Assembly: GCA_963782055.1 (NCBI GenBank)
Contig: CAWAIF010000003.1
Coordinates: 5,792,001-5,856,000 of the forward strand
Reading direction: 5' to 3'
Length of the DNA stretch: 64,000 bases
Origin: an uncultured delta proteobacterium
GTDB taxonomy: Bacteria > Myxococcota_A > Polyangia > Polyangiales > Polyangiaceae
Shown: piece after piece, positions 28,996-44,000 of the stretch
Position numbering within the stretch: the stretch's first letter is position 1
Layout: each line of letters begins with the position of its first letter
Made by a program: the position numbers and the translations under genes
Notes under the pieces: model-generated
What the model was told of the DNA's origin: nothing
Seen by the model: only the letters and a program-made list of their open reading frames with translations
The model's database searches: none

Positions 28996-29310
28996 ATGAA
29001 CTCGAACACGGCGCTGTTCGTCGTCGAGGAGGTCGTGGAGGTGCTCTTCGGGCTGAGCTGCATCGTGGCCGGCCTGATCGTCGCCAGGCGCTCCACCGGC
29101 GCCGCGGTGGGCTTCGGGCTCGCGGGACTCACCGGCTTGCTGGCCGATCTCGTCTCCTTGCTCGTCTCCCGGGCGGCGACCAGCGGGCACGGTTACGCCA
29201 GCATCCAGCTCATGCAGACGACGCTGAGCGGGTTGCGCAACCTGGTCTTCTACGCCGGGTTCGCCGTCGCGCTCTTCGCCCTGGCGCGCGCGCAGAGGCC
29301 GCCGGCATGA
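28996..29310 (+). CDS. Small 3-TM membrane protein
   Basis: Three hydrophobic helices; ATGA overlap with next gene. Confidence 0.7.
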   Translation: MNSNTALFVVEEVVEVLFGLSCIVAGLIVARRSTGAAVGFGLAGLTGLLADLVSLLVSRAATSGHGYASIQLMQTTLSGLRNLVFYAGFAVALFALARAQRPPA

Positions 29311-29624
29311 GCGGCGCGGCGTCGGCCCTGGCCTGGCTGCAGTTCGGGTTCCACCTGGTGCTGGCGATCGCCTTCGGCGTCGTCGCGCTGGTGCTGGCGC
29401 GGCGCGCGGGCAAGGGCGCCTACGTGCTGGCGGGGATGGCCGCGGTGGACCTCGTCGGCCTCGTCTTCGCGCGGGTGGTGTGGACGTCGATGCGAAGCGC
29501 ACCGCTCGACCAGCTGGACACCATCATGACCGTCATGGGCCTCGCCGACATCCTGCTCGGCCTGCTCTCGTGCGGCCTCGTCCTCCTCGCCGCGATGATG
29601 CTCCGGCGGGCGCCGCCGGCCTAG
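29307..29624 (+). CDS. Small 3-TM membrane protein (probable paralog of upstream gene)
   Basis: Same length and topology; both end in PPA. Confidence 0.7.
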   Translation: MSGAASALAWLQFGFHLVLAIAFGVVALVLARRAGKGAYVLAGMAAVDLVGLVFARVVWTSMRSAPLDQLDTIMTVMGLADILLGLLSCGLVLLAAMMLRRAPPA

Positions 29625-29726
29625 CCCGCCACGCCGCGCGCGCCGCTGGCGGAGGCGATCGTTGCCATGCCAACGATCCGGCGTTTGACGCCGCTCGACG
29701 CTTGGCGCCCCCCCCGGCGCGGGAGC

Positions 29727-30575
29727 TCAGGGGGAGAAGTCGAGCTCGATCCACAGCTCGCGCGAGGCGCCGGGGGCGAGCTCGATGAGGCCCTCGCCGG
29801 TGTTGAGCGCGTTGCCGGGGCAGGTCCACGGCTCCAGGCACACGAAGTCGCGACCGGCGAGCGTCCAGACGACCCAGCGCGTGAGGTCGTGCGAGGCGCG
29901 CAGGGCGAGGCGCGCGCCGTCGCCCCATGTCAGCTCGCTGGAGGAGCCGCCGTGGTCGAGCAGGTGCATGTCGACCTCGGGCAGGGTGAGGTCGAAGCCG
30001 CCGAAGGGGACGACCTTCTTGGCGACGTTGTCGAAGGCCCGCGTCGCGCGGGTGGCGATGCGCGCCGCGGCCTTGTCGTGCACGGCGAAGTAGGGGTGGA
30101 TGCCGAAGCCGAAGGGCATCGCGGAGTCGCCCTCGTTCTGGACACGCGCGGCGAGACGCAGGCAGCGCCCGCGCAGGGAGAAGTCGATGGAGGCGGAGAA
30201 GTCCCACGGGTATGCCGCGCGGGTCTGCTCGTTCGACGCGAGGGTCAGGGTGGCGGCGGCGGCGCCCTCCTCGCGCGTGCCGCCGACCGCCCACGGCAGG
30301 TTGCGCGCGAACCCGTGCTGCTTCATCGACCCGGACTTGCCCCCGCGCTCGAAGTGGTCGCCCTCCAGCTTCCCCGGCGAGGGGAAGAGGATGGGAACGC
30401 CGCCGCGCACGTTCTTCTGCGGGTCGCGCAGGGTGGCCTCGTCCAGGTAGAGCACGTCCCTGTCGCCCACGCGGAAGCGGGTGACGATGGCGCCGCGCGC
30501 GGGGACGATGGTCACCTCGCTCTTCGCCTCGTCGTCGTACAGCGCGATCGTCTCCCCGGGGCTCACGCGAAACAT
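29727..30575 (-). CDS. Aldose 1-epimerase / galactose mutarotase family
   Basis: RGGVPILFP..G, QHGFAR, FGIHPYF, FVCLEPWT. Confidence 0.92.
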   Translation of the reverse strand: MFRVSPGETIALYDDEAKSEVTIVPARGAIVTRFRVGDRDVLYLDEATLRDPQKNVRGGVPILFPSPGKLEGDHFERGGKSGSMKQHGFARNLPWAVGGTREEGAAAATLTLASNEQTRAAYPWDFSASIDFSLRGRCLRLAARVQNEGDSAMPFGFGIHPYFAVHDKAAARIATRATRAFDNVAKKVVPFGGFDLTLPEVDMHLLDHGGSSSELTWGDGARLALRASHDLTRWVVWTLAGRDFVCLEPWTCPGNALNTGEGLIELAPGASRELWIELDFSP

Positions 30576-30622
30576 GCCTCGAGCATAACCCCCTCGGCCG
30601 CGGGCGCTATACTCCGCGCATC

Positions 30623-31626
30623 ATGCGCGCCTGTCTTGTCTTGCTCTCGCTGACGCTCGTGGCGTGTCCGGGCCCCGAGCCGAACGGCGACGCGGGCACG
30701 CCGCCCGCGTGGGCGCCCGCCTTCAGCACCGCCGCGACCGGCTGGCTGCTCAACACGTGGGGCCCCTCGCCGGACGACGTGTACATGGTGGGTGGCACCA
30801 CGACCAAGGCGGCGGTGATGCACTTCGACGGCACGGCGTGGGCGCCCCTCACCCTCGGCGTGGACGCCCCGCTCCTCAACTGGACCTACGGGTTCGGCCC
30901 GGACGACATCACCATGGTGGGCAACGCCGGCACGGTGCTCCACTGGGACGGGCAGACGTGGACCAAGGAGACGACGCCCACGACGCAGGATCTCTGGGGC
31001 GTGTGGGGCGCGGCGCCCGACGACCTCTGGGCGGTGGGCGGCGACGGGCAGAAGGCCGGTCAGGCGACGCTCCTTCACTTCGACGGCGCGGCCTGGAGCG
31101 CGGTCACGCTGCCGGCGATGCAGAAGCCCAACGTCTTCCAGCTCCTCAAGGTGTGGGGCACCGGCCCCGACAACGTCTACGCGGTCGGCCAGCGGGGCGA
31201 GGTGCTGCACTGGACGGGGACCGACTGGAAGGAAGAGCTCGTGGGGGCCAGCGACGACCTGATCTCCCTCTGGGGGACCGGACCTGATCGCATTGTCGCG
31301 GTGGGAGGCCGCTCCAACGGGATCGCCAGCGTGTGGGACGGCACGTCGTGGCACACGACCTCCCTCTCTCCCCTGCCCGGCCTGAACGGCGTCTGGATGC
31401 GCGTCCCCGGCAAGGCGCACGTCGTCGGGGCCTACGGAACTCTGGGCGTTCTGGACCTCGCGACCATGACGATCACCACCGTGGATCCCCCCACCCAGCT
31501 CGACTTCCACTCGGTGTTCGGGGACACCCAGGGCCACCTCTACGCGGTTGGCGGGAACCTTGCTTCAGCCAACCCGACAACCTATGTGGGGCTGGCTTAC
31601 ACGCGGCTCCTCGGGGCGGAGGAGTG

Positions 31627-31627
<1 letters not shown>
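30623..31627 (+). CDS. Lipoprotein with repeated VWG..PDD.WAVG blades (beta-propeller)
   Basis: Lipobox LVAC; ~7 repeats L..VWG.GPD.V.AVG..G..LHWDG..W. Confidence 0.85.
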
Positions 31628-33977
<2,350 letters not shown>

Positions 33978-33981
<4 letters not shown>

Positions 33982-34397
33982 TCCTGCGGCGGCGCGCGCT
34001 CTGGCTCTCGCTCGGCCTCTGCGCGTGCTCGCCCTCGTCGGGGGAGGTGGACCTCGTCGCCGCCGACGGGGCGGTGGTGCGCGCGTTCACCCACGTGGAG
34101 CACGCCACCACGCCGGAGGCGCGGGCGCAGGGGCTCGGCGGCCACGCGCCGCTCGGCCCGGACGACGCCATGGTCCTGGACTACCCCGTCGTCGACAGGG
34201 CGTGCATCACCAACGCGCCGGTGGGCTTCCCCATCACCGCCGTCTTCGCCGCCCAGGACGGCAGGATCGTCGGGGTGGAGTCCTTCGCCGCCAACGACGC
34301 GCGCACGCCCTGCCACGACGGCGTGCTCACCGTGGTGGAGACCGACACGAGCGGCGCGGCGTCGGCCGCCGGCGCCGCTCGTGTCGTGGTGCGCTGA
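33978..34397 (+). CDS. DUF192 family lipoprotein
   Basis: Lipobox LCAC; VEHATTPEARAQGL...M...FPI..VF...G.IV; GTGA overlap. Confidence 0.75.
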
Positions 34398-34419
34398 TCA
34401 CCCCGCGTCGCGCCCGCGA

Positions 34420-34797
34420 TCAGTGGCCGTGACCGCGGTTGTCAGGCTGGTGGCCGCGGTCGTCAGGCTGGTGGCCACGGTTCTGCTGGTGCTGGTCACG
34501 CCGCGGCGGAGGCTGCGCGTGCTCGCGGCGCATGCGTTCGCGCTGCTGCTGGAGCCCGGGCGGATCGTTGCGGTAGTAGCGCCAGTGCCCGCCCTCCCTG
34601 TAGTACCAGCGGTCCTGGTAGAGGTAGACGGGGCGGCCGTCGTAGACGGTGTGCGGGTAGGTCTCGATCTGGACCGGCGCCGAGGTGACCTCGACGTACC
34701 CGACCGGTACGGTTGCGCCTGCGCCGGCGCGCCACTCGCACCCAGCCAGGGCAAGCGGCGCCGCGCACGCGATCACCAACCAAAGGGAGCGTCTCAT
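34420..34797 (-). CDS. Small lipoprotein with aromatic W/Y module and His/Gln-rich tail
   Basis: Lipobox LAGC; VYLYQDRWYYREGGHWRYY. Confidence 0.75.
   Translation of the reverse strand: MRRSLWLVIACAAPLALAGCEWRAGAGATVPVGYVEVTSAPVQIETYPHTVYDGRPVYLYQDRWYYREGGHWRYYRNDPPGLQQQRERMRREHAQPPPRRDQHQQNRGHQPDDRGHQPDNRGHGH
34433..34482. repeat. 21-bp coding tandem repeat (~2.4 copies, RGHQPD[D/N])
   Basis: ccgcggt(t/c)gtcaggctggtgg x2 plus a partial copy. Confidence 0.7.
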
Positions 34798-34989
34798 GGT
34801 CTTACCTCTTCCTTCCGGGGGGAGCACCCCTCCCGCAATCGGCAACGCGTGCGCCTTCACGCAATCACGTCGGCTGTTCCTCGGTCGTGTCCAGCCCCGC
34901 GGCTGCTCTGCGGGGCCCAAGTTCATTCGGTCCAAAAGAGAGCATTGGCCGTGCCACCCGCGCGCCCGGCCGTGTGTTAGCGTGGCTTC

Positions 34990-36345
<1,356 letters not shown>

Positions 36346-36369
36346 GCGGTGTGCTACGTATGCAGCGGC

Positions 36370-37513
36370 ATGCTCAGCGAAGCGCGACTGACCCTCGAAG
36401 ACCTCACGCGGCGCCTCACGGTGCTAAGGGGGCATCTTTGACGTCCCCCGACTGAAGCGAGAAATCGACCAGCTCGGCGAGCGGACCCTCGTCCCGGGCT
36501 TCTGGGACGACCACGAGAAGGCGCAGAAGCTGACGCGCAAGCGCTCGGCGCTGGAGGCCTCCCTCGCCGCCTTCGAGAAGCTGGACAAGGACGTGGAGGA
36601 CGCGCGCGTGCTGCTGGAGCTCGGCGCGGAGGGTGACGACGCCGCCACCATCGCCGAGGCCGAGACGCTCCTCCCGGAGCTGGAGTCGCGCGTCCGCGGG
36701 CTGGAGCTGCGGCGCATGCTCAGCGGCCCGGCGGACCGCGCCAGCGCCATCGTCAGCATCCACCCCGGCGCCGGCGGCACCGACGCCAAGGACTGGGCGG
36801 CGATGCTGCTTCGCATGTACCTGCGCTGGTGCGAGCGGCGCGGCTACAAGACGGAGATCGTCGACTACCAGGAGGGCGACGAGGCCGGCATCGACGCCGT
36901 CTCCTTCACCGTGGAGGGGGAGAACGCCTACGGCTACCTCCGCAGCGAGATGGGCGTGCACCGGCTGGTGCGCATGAGCCCCTTCAACGCCGACCACACG
37001 CGGCAGACGGCCTTCGCCGCGGTGGAGGTGACCCCCGACACCGACGAGGACATCGACGTCGTGATCAACGACAAGGACGTCGAGATCACGACGATGCGCG
37101 CGGGCGGTAAGGGCGGGCAGAACGTCAACAAGGTGGAGACCGCGGTGCGGCTGAAGCACATCCCCACGGGTCTGAACATCGTGTGTCGCGCGGAGCGCAG
37201 CCAGCACCAGAACCGGGCGATGGCCATGAAGGTGCTGCGCGCCAAGCTCTACGAGATGGAGCTGGAGAAGCGCGCCGCCGCGAACGACGCCTACCAGGCG
37301 AGCAAGAGCGCCATCAACTTCGGCAGCCAGATCCGCAACTACGTGCTGGCGCCGTACCGGCTGGTGAAGGACACGCGCACGGGCGCCGAGCAGAGCAACG
37401 TGGACGCGGTGCTGGACGGCGACATCGACTCCTTCGTGGAGGCCTACCTGCTCGCGGCCGCGGGCGGCTCCCTGAAGAAGGGCGGGCAGGTCGAGGAGGC
37501 GGACGCCGTCTGA
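36370..37513 (+). CDS. prfB: Peptide chain release factor 2 (+1 programmed frameshift)
   Basis: ORF1 [23 protein letters not shown] ends CTT TGA (36436-36441); +1 frame continues DVPRLK...GFWDD...SPF...GGQNVNK. Confidence 0.97.
36427..36442 (+). promoter_or_regulatory. prfB frameshift cassette (internal SD + slippery site)
   Basis: AGGGGG-cat-CTTTGAC, the canonical RF2 autoregulatory motif. Confidence 0.95.
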
Positions 37514-37526
37514 GCCAGCGGGTGCG

Positions 37527-38042
37527 TCACTTCTCCGGCGCGCCGACGCGCACCTCGACCGACGGCGGCCTGGCGAGCGTCTGGAAGACGACGCAGTATC
37601 GCTCGGTCAGCTCGACGAGCTTCTGGACCTTCTCCGCCGGGGCGGTGGTGTCCACCGTGAGCGTCAGGCGGATGCTGGAGAAGCCGACAGGGGCGTCCTT
37701 CGCGACGCCCAGCGTGCCGCGGAAATCGAGCTCGCCCTCCGCCAGGACAGTCGCGTCGCCTATCTCGATGCCCATCGCGGTGGCGACGGCGGCGAGCGTC
37801 ACGCCCGCGCAGCCGACGAGCGCTTCGAGGAGCATGTCGCCGGAGCACGCCGCCGAACCGTCACCGCCCGTCGCCGGGTGAAGCCCCGCCGGCACACCCG
37901 GCTTGCCGGTCTCGAGCGCGCAGGTGATCGCCCCGTGCGAGACGCGCCCCCTCGCGCGGAGCGTCCGGATCGCCGACGCGGGATCCTCCTTGTAGCGAGC
38001 CTTCAGCGGTGCCTGTCGCGCGCGCAGTCCTTCGGAGTCCAT
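37527..38042 (-). CDS. OsmC/Ohr family protein
   Basis: GLHPATGG...CSGDMLLEALVGC...LDFRGTLG...TERYCVV. Confidence 0.9.
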   Translation of the reverse strand: MDSEGLRARQAPLKARYKEDPASAIRTLRARGRVSHGAITCALETGKPGVPAGLHPATGGDGSAACSGDMLLEALVGCAGVTLAAVATAMGIEIGDATVLAEGELDFRGTLGVAKDAPVGFSSIRLTLTVDTTAPAEKVQKLVELTERYCVVFQTLARPPSVEVRVGAPEK

Positions 38043-38103
38043 GAGTCGCATCCCCGTGGTTCGGGCCAGCCTCCCGCGGGCATAGCACGGATAGGCCCGA
38101 GGC

Positions 38104-39279
38104 CTAGTGGCGCCGCGACACCACGACCGCCAGCACGACGAACGCCGCCAGCTTCTTGTTGCTCGCCGTCGCCGGGTGGAGCTTGCCGACGACCTCCGAG
38201 ATGCCCTGGTTGGAGAAGGAGACGGCGCCGTGGGCGTCCACGCTCAGCGTGCCCTTCGGCGTGACGATGTCGTCGCCGGAGAACCGCACCTTCTTCATCT
38301 TCAGGCCGTCGCCGCGGAGGGTGCCGTCGGCGTTGGCGTGGACGACGGTGGTGCCCGCGGTGTCGACGAACTCGCCGCTGGTGATGCTGCCGGCCAGCCG
38401 GCCGTTGACCATCACGCTGCCGTCAGCCTTGACGGCGATCTTCTTCACGTGGCCGGAGCCGGTGAAGACGAACGCCGGGCCGGGCGCGATGTCGGAGGCG
38501 ACGCCCGAGGCCCCCGCCGACGCCGTGTCCTGGTCCTGCGAGCCGCGCGCCTGGTCGGCGGCGTCGGCGCGCACCAGCTCGAGCGTCTGGGTGTCGTACT
38601 TGTTGGCGTCGATCTTCATGCGGTCGGGGTCGTTGAAGAGGCGCGCGTCCTTGTTGGCGGCGGACTTGCGGCCCACGAGGATCATGGTGAGGCCGACGGC
38701 GGCGGCGATGACCCCGCCGATGATGCCGATGTAGCCGACGGTGGAGAGGCCCGAGTCGGTGGTGTCGGTGGTGAAGCCGGTGGAGTCGGTCGTCGAGCCG
38801 TGGGAGGCGACCGAGAGGGCGATGCCGCCGAGGAGCAGCCCCGCGCCGATGCCCCCCACGATGAACCCGGTGTGGTTCACCGAGACGCCCTTGTCGTGGT
38901 AGGCGTTGTACTTGTCGACTGCCTCCTTGTCGCCGACGATGCGATAGAAGCTCTCGTCGTCGATGCGCGAGGCGCCCTGGCGGGGGAACCACTCGCGCTC
39001 CTCCCAGGTGACCACCTGGTTCTGGTACTGGGTCGCGGTGCCGACGACCTCGCCCCGGGAGTTGCGGTACTCCGTCTGCCCGGTGGCCACCTGCTGCACG
39101 CCGGAGCGCAGGTGCGTCTCGTCGTGGACGTACATGGGCTCGCCGTTGGCGTGGGTGTACTCCGTGCGCAGCTCGGCGCAGCCGGTGGTGAGGGCGCTGA
39201 AGCTGACCAGGGTGAGGGCGGCGACGGGCCTGGCGATCCTGGCGAAGCGTGTCTCCCCCGCGAGGGTGGGCTTGTTCAT
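38104..39279 (-). CDS. Hypothetical lipoprotein with two internal TM helices
   Basis: Lipobox LTTGC; two Gly-rich TMs; C-terminal beta-rich domain. Confidence 0.75.
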   Translation of the reverse strand: MNKPTLAGETRFARIARPVAALTLVSFSALTTGCAELRTEYTHANGEPMYVHDETHLRSGVQQVATGQTEYRNSRGEVVGTATQYQNQVVTWEEREWFPRQGASRIDDESFYRIVGDKEAVDKYNAYHDKGVSVNHTGFIVGGIGAGLLLGGIALSVASHGSTTDSTGFTTDTTDSGLSTVGYIGIIGGVIAAAVGLTMILVGRKSAANKDARLFNDPDRMKIDANKYDTQTLELVRADAADQARGSQDQDTASAGASGVASDIAPGPAFVFTGSGHVKKIAVKADGSVMVNGRLAGSITSGEFVDTAGTTVVHANADGTLRGDGLKMKKVRFSGDDIVTPKGTLSVDAHGAVSFSNQGISEVVGKLHPATASNKKLAAFVVLAVVVSRRH

Positions 39280-39408
39280 CGCGCGTGAGTACGGCGCGCC
39301 CCGGGAGCTTCTTCCCTCCGCGTCGCAGGCGCCAGCGCTCGAGCGCGCCGAGGAGGGGAGACGCCGCGAGCGTTGGGTGCGCGTGCGACCTGCGTTACGC
39401 TCCCGGCC

Positions 39409-40839
39409 ATGACGACCCTCTCGACGCAGGAGGCCACCGCGGCGATCGCCGCGCTCGGCGCTCCCCTCGACGATCTGGCGGCGCGCTACCCGGGCGAGTC
39501 CGGCAAGCGGCAGCCGGTCCATACGGTGTACGGGGGCGGTCACCTCTTCAAGCACGACACCGCGCGCAAGCTGGGGACGCTCGCCCAGAAGGCGCTGCAG
39601 GAGCACGCGCCGGACGCCTTCACCTTCGCCCGCGCGGTGGGCCTGCCCGGCGCCGCCACGCTGCCGGACACGGTGGCCGGCACGGCGCGCGCGGCCGCGC
39701 AGCTGGAGAAGGACGCGGCCGGCGTGCGCGAGGCGTACCCCGCGGCGTGGCTCGCCCACACCGTCTACCGGCGCGTCGTGGCCAAGCTGGAGCGCGAGGC
39801 GGTGGAGGACTTCCGCATCGACTTCGAGGACGGCTACGGCACCCGGCCGGACGCGGAGGAGGACGGCCACGTCGCCCTCGCCGCGCGGGAGGTCGCGCGG
39901 GGGATGAAGGACAAGACGCTCCCGCCCTTCGTCGGCATTCGCATCAAGCCCTTCTCGCGGGAGCTCGCCACCCGCAGCGTGCGCACGCTGGACCTCTTCC
40001 TCACCACGCTGGTGAAGGAGGCCGGCGGCGCGCTGCCGGAGGGCTTCGTCGTCACCTTCCCCAAGATCCAGCGCGTGGAGCAGGTGACGGTGCTGGTCGA
40101 CCTGCTCGCCTCCCTGGAGAAGAAGCTGGGGCTCGCGGCGGGCGCGGTGCCCATCGAGATCATGGTGGAGCAGACGCAGACCATCTTCGCGCCGGACGGC
40201 CGCGCGGCGATGCCCCTCATCCACGACGCGGCGAAGGGACGCCTCTTTGGCGCGCACTTCGGGACGTACGACTACACCGCCAGCTGCAGCATCACCGCGG
40301 CGCACCAGCACATGCTCCACCCCGCGTGCGACTTCGCGAAGCACATGATGCAGGTGGCCTTCGCCGGCACGGGCGTCTTCCTCTCCGACGGGGCGACCAA
40401 CATCATGCCGGTCGGCCCGCACAAGGGCGACGCGCTGACGTTCGAGCAGCGCGCGGAGAACCGGGAGGCGGTGCACCGGGCCTGGCGGCTGCACGCCGAG
40501 CACGTACGCCACTCCCTGGAGACGGCCTTCTACCAGGGCTGGGACCTGCACCCCGCGCAGCTCCCCACCCGCTACTCGGCGGTCTTCGCCTTCTTCCTGG
40601 AGGGCCTGCCCGCGGCGACCGAACGGCTGAAGAACTTCGTCGACAAGGCGGCGCAGGCGACGCTCGTCGGGGACGTCTTCGACGACGCGGCCACCGGACA
40701 GGGGCTGCTCAACTTCTTCCTGCGCGGACTGTCGTGCGGCGCGCTCACCGAGGAGGAGGCGCTCGCCACCGGATTGACCCTGGAGGAGTACCGGTCGCGC
40801 AGCTTCGTGAAGGTGCTGGAGAACCGCAAGAAGCGGTGA
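39409..40839 (+). CDS. DUF6986 / HpcH-HpaI aldolase-citrate lyase superfamily enzyme
   Basis: RQPVHTVYGG, DFRIDFEDGYG, GIRIK, PK, E.MVE, HFGTYDYTA, LSDGATN, YQGWDLHPAQL. Confidence 0.8.
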   Translation: MTTLSTQEATAAIAALGAPLDDLAARYPGESGKRQPVHTVYGGGHLFKHDTARKLGTLAQKALQEHAPDAFTFARAVGLPGAATLPDTVAGTARAAAQLEKDAAGVREAYPAAWLAHTVYRRVVAKLEREAVEDFRIDFEDGYGTRPDAEEDGHVALAAREVARGMKDKTLPPFVGIRIKPFSRELATRSVRTLDLFLTTLVKEAGGALPEGFVVTFPKIQRVEQVTVLVDLLASLEKKLGLAAGAVPIEIMVEQTQTIFAPDGRAAMPLIHDAAKGRLFGAHFGTYDYTASCSITAAHQHMLHPACDFAKHMMQVAFAGTGVFLSDGATNIMPVGPHKGDALTFEQRAENREAVHRAWRLHAEHVRHSLETAFYQGWDLHPAQLPTRYSAVFAFFLEGLPAATERLKNFVDKAAQATLVGDVFDDAATGQGLLNFFLRGLSCGALTEEEALATGLTLEEYRSRSFVKVLENRKKR

Positions 40840-41052
40840 CGCGGTCCGGCGTCCCTCCTGGAACGGGGGCCGGCGTCCCATTGCAAGGACCCTTGCAGCG
40901 GACGCCAGTGCGCGAGGTGCGGGTGGGACCAACCGGTCGCTAGTTCGCCTCCCACGAGCCTGCCTCCGCCATCCCCTTGAAAACAGGTGCGAATGCGGGA
41001 TTGCAAGCATCGCTGCACCCCGACGCGTGACCCGGCCCCGCCCGAAGGGGCC

Positions 41053-44000
41053 CTAGCCGGGCGCGACGGGAGGCACCACGCCGACGGGGGGCGGCGCGGG
41101 CTCGCGGCCCAGCAGACGCTGCTTCGCCCGATCGGTCAGGACGTAGAACGCGGGCACCACGAAGAGGCTCAGGGCGGTCGAGAGGATGAGCCCGCCGATG
41201 ACCGCGTCCGCCATGGGGCCGCGGGTCTCCGCGCCGGGGCCCATGCCCATCGCCGAGGGGACCGCCGCCATCATGGTGGCGACCGCGGTCATCAGGATGG
41301 GCCGCAGGCGCACCGGACCGGAGCGCGACATGGCCGCGCCGGCGTCGAGGCCGTCCGACGTCCGGACCTCGTTGGCGTAGTCCACCAGCATGATGGAGTT
41401 CTTCTTCACGATGCCCATCAAGAGCAGCAGCCCGATCATGCTGAAGACGTTGAGCGTGCGGCCGGCCGCCAGGAGCGCCAGGAAGGCGCCCGCCACCGAG
41501 AGCGGCAGGATGGTCAGCACCGTGATGGGGTGGAGTAGCGAATCGAACTGCGAGGCAAGCACCATGTACGCGACCAGGATGCCCACCAGCAGCGCGAAGA
41601 AGAGGCTGCTCATCGCGTCGCCGAGCTGCGAGCTCTGCCCGCCCAGCACGACGGCGTAGCCGGGCGGCGCCTCCTTGGTGAGCGTCTGCACGTAGGCGAG
41701 CGCCTCGCTCTGCGAGTGGCCCGGGGCGACGTTGCCGTACACGCGGATGGCGCGCTGCCGCTCGGCGTGGTTGATCGACTGCAGCTCCGCCAGCTCGTTG
41801 GTCACCACCACCGACGAGAGCGGCACCATGTTGCCCGTCGTGGAGCGCACGCGCAGCCGGCCGAGGTCCTCCGGCCGCGTGCGCTGCGCGGCGAGCAGCC
41901 GAAGGCGCATGTCCATGCGGCGACCCGCGGTGGAGTACTGGCCCACCGTCACGCCGCCGACGAGCGCGCTGACGGTGGTGGCGATGTCCTGCACGCTGAC
42001 GCCGACGTCGGAGGCGCGCGCGCGGTCCGGCGTGACGGTGAGCTCCGGCGCGCCGACCTGGTAGTCGCTGCTCACGTCGACGACGAGGCCGGACTCCTCC
42101 ACCTCCTTGCGGATCCTGGCGGCGAGGTCCACCAGCGTGTTCCAGTCGCTCCCGCGCACCGAGATGTCCACCGGGGAGCCGCCGCGCTGCCCGGCGAAGC
42201 CCTGCTGCGAGAGGTCCTGCACGGAGGCACGCACGCCGGGGATGCCGCCGAGCTGCTTGCGGATGACGGCGGCGAAGTCGTTCTGCGTCATCTTGCGCTG
42301 CCCGGGCGGCACCAGCGTGATGGAGAGCTGCGCCCCGCCGGCGGAGACGTTGGTGAGCACGCTCTCCACCTCCGGCCGCTTCGCGAGCATCGCCTCGGCG
42401 CGCTTGGCCAGGCTGTCGCTCTCCTCGATGTCGGCGCCGACGGCGTTGGAGAGGCGGACCGCGAGGCGGCTCTGATCCTGCGAGGGCACCAGCTCCTGCT
42501 TGAGGCGCGTGCCCGCCCACCCGGACACGCCGAGCACCACCAGCCCTGCGGCGAGCACCAGCCACGGCCAGCGGAGGGAGGCGTCCAGCGCCCGGCCGTA
42601 GCCCCGGGCGAGGGCGTCGAAGCCCCGGTCCACCAGGCGCTCGCGCGCGCCCTGGGCGCGCGTCCGGAGCATCTGCGCGCAGCGCGAGGGCGCGAGGGTG
42701 ATGGCCTCCACGTACGAGATGGCCACCGCCACCGAGAGCGTGACGCCGAACTGAAGGAAGAACTTGCCGATGACGCCGGACATGAAGGCGACAGGCAGGA
42801 AGATGGCGATGACGGCGACGGTGGCGGCGAGGGCGGCGAAGGTGATCTCCTTGGTCCCCTCGATGGACGCGGTGACGCGGTCCTTGCCCATCTCCCCGTG
42901 GCGGAAGATGTTCTCCATGACCATCACCGCGTCGTCGACCACCAGCCCCACGGCGAGCGAGAGCCCGAGGAGGGTGAAGGTGTTGAGCGTGTAGCCGGCG
43001 AAGTAGAGCACCGCGATCGTCCCCAGAAGGGACATGGGGATGGCGAACAGGACGTTCGCCGTGCTGGAGAGCGAGCCGAGGAAGAGCCAGCAGACGAAGC
43101 CGGTGAGGATGACCGCCAGCCCGAGCTCCAGGGCGATCTCGTTCACCGACTCCTCGATGAAGCCGGTGGTGTCGAACAGGACGTCCACCTTCATGCCGTC
43201 CGGCAGCGTCTTCTGCACGTCGTCGAGGGCGGCGCGCACCGCCTTGGCCACCCCCACCGCGTTGGACCCGGGCTGCTTCAGGATGCCCATCGCCTGGACG
43301 GGCATGCCGTTGTAGCGCGCGCGGCTCGACACGTCGGAGAAGCCGTCCTCCACCAGCGCCACGTCCTTCAGGCGCACCTGCTCGTTGCCCACCTTGCGCA
43401 CGACGATCTGCCGGAGCGTCTCCAGATCCGCCGCCTCGCCCAGGACGCGCACGTCCAGGGCACGCTGGCCGTTGGTCATCTGCCCGCCGGAGGAGGTGAC
43501 GTGCTGCTTCTGCAGCGCCCCGGTGATGTCGGTGACGGTCGTGCCGGTGGCGACCAGCTTGTCCGCGTCCACCCAGATGCGGACGTTGCGGTCGGAGTAG
43601 CCCATCATGGTGACCTGCCCGACGCCGGGCACGGTCTGCAAGCGGTCCTCGATCTGGTAGCGCGCGATGTCGGCGAGGAGCTGCCGCGAGAAGGCGCCGG
43701 AGACGCCGACGGTGATGATGGGCTGGTCGTCCGGGTTGCTCTTGGAGACCGTCGGCGCCTGCACCGAGTCCGGCAGCTTGCGCTGGATCGCGGCGACCTT
43801 CGCCTGGATGTCCTGCAGCGCCAGATCGATGTTGCGCGAGATGTCGAAGGTCACCGTCACGCGGGCGGAGTTCTGCCGCGCCGACGAGGTGATGGACTGC
43901 ACGCCGGTGACCTGCGAGACGGCGTCCTCGATCGGGTTCACCAGCCCCGTCTCCACGTCCTCCGGCGAGGCGCCCGGCCAGGACACGCTCACCGAGACCG

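Noticed and set aside
36436..36441. prfB as a pseudogene
   Set aside because: The stop lies in the canonical programmed frameshift motif
40840..41052. Possible CRISPR leader or array
   Set aside because: No repeat-spacer units and no cas genes in the window
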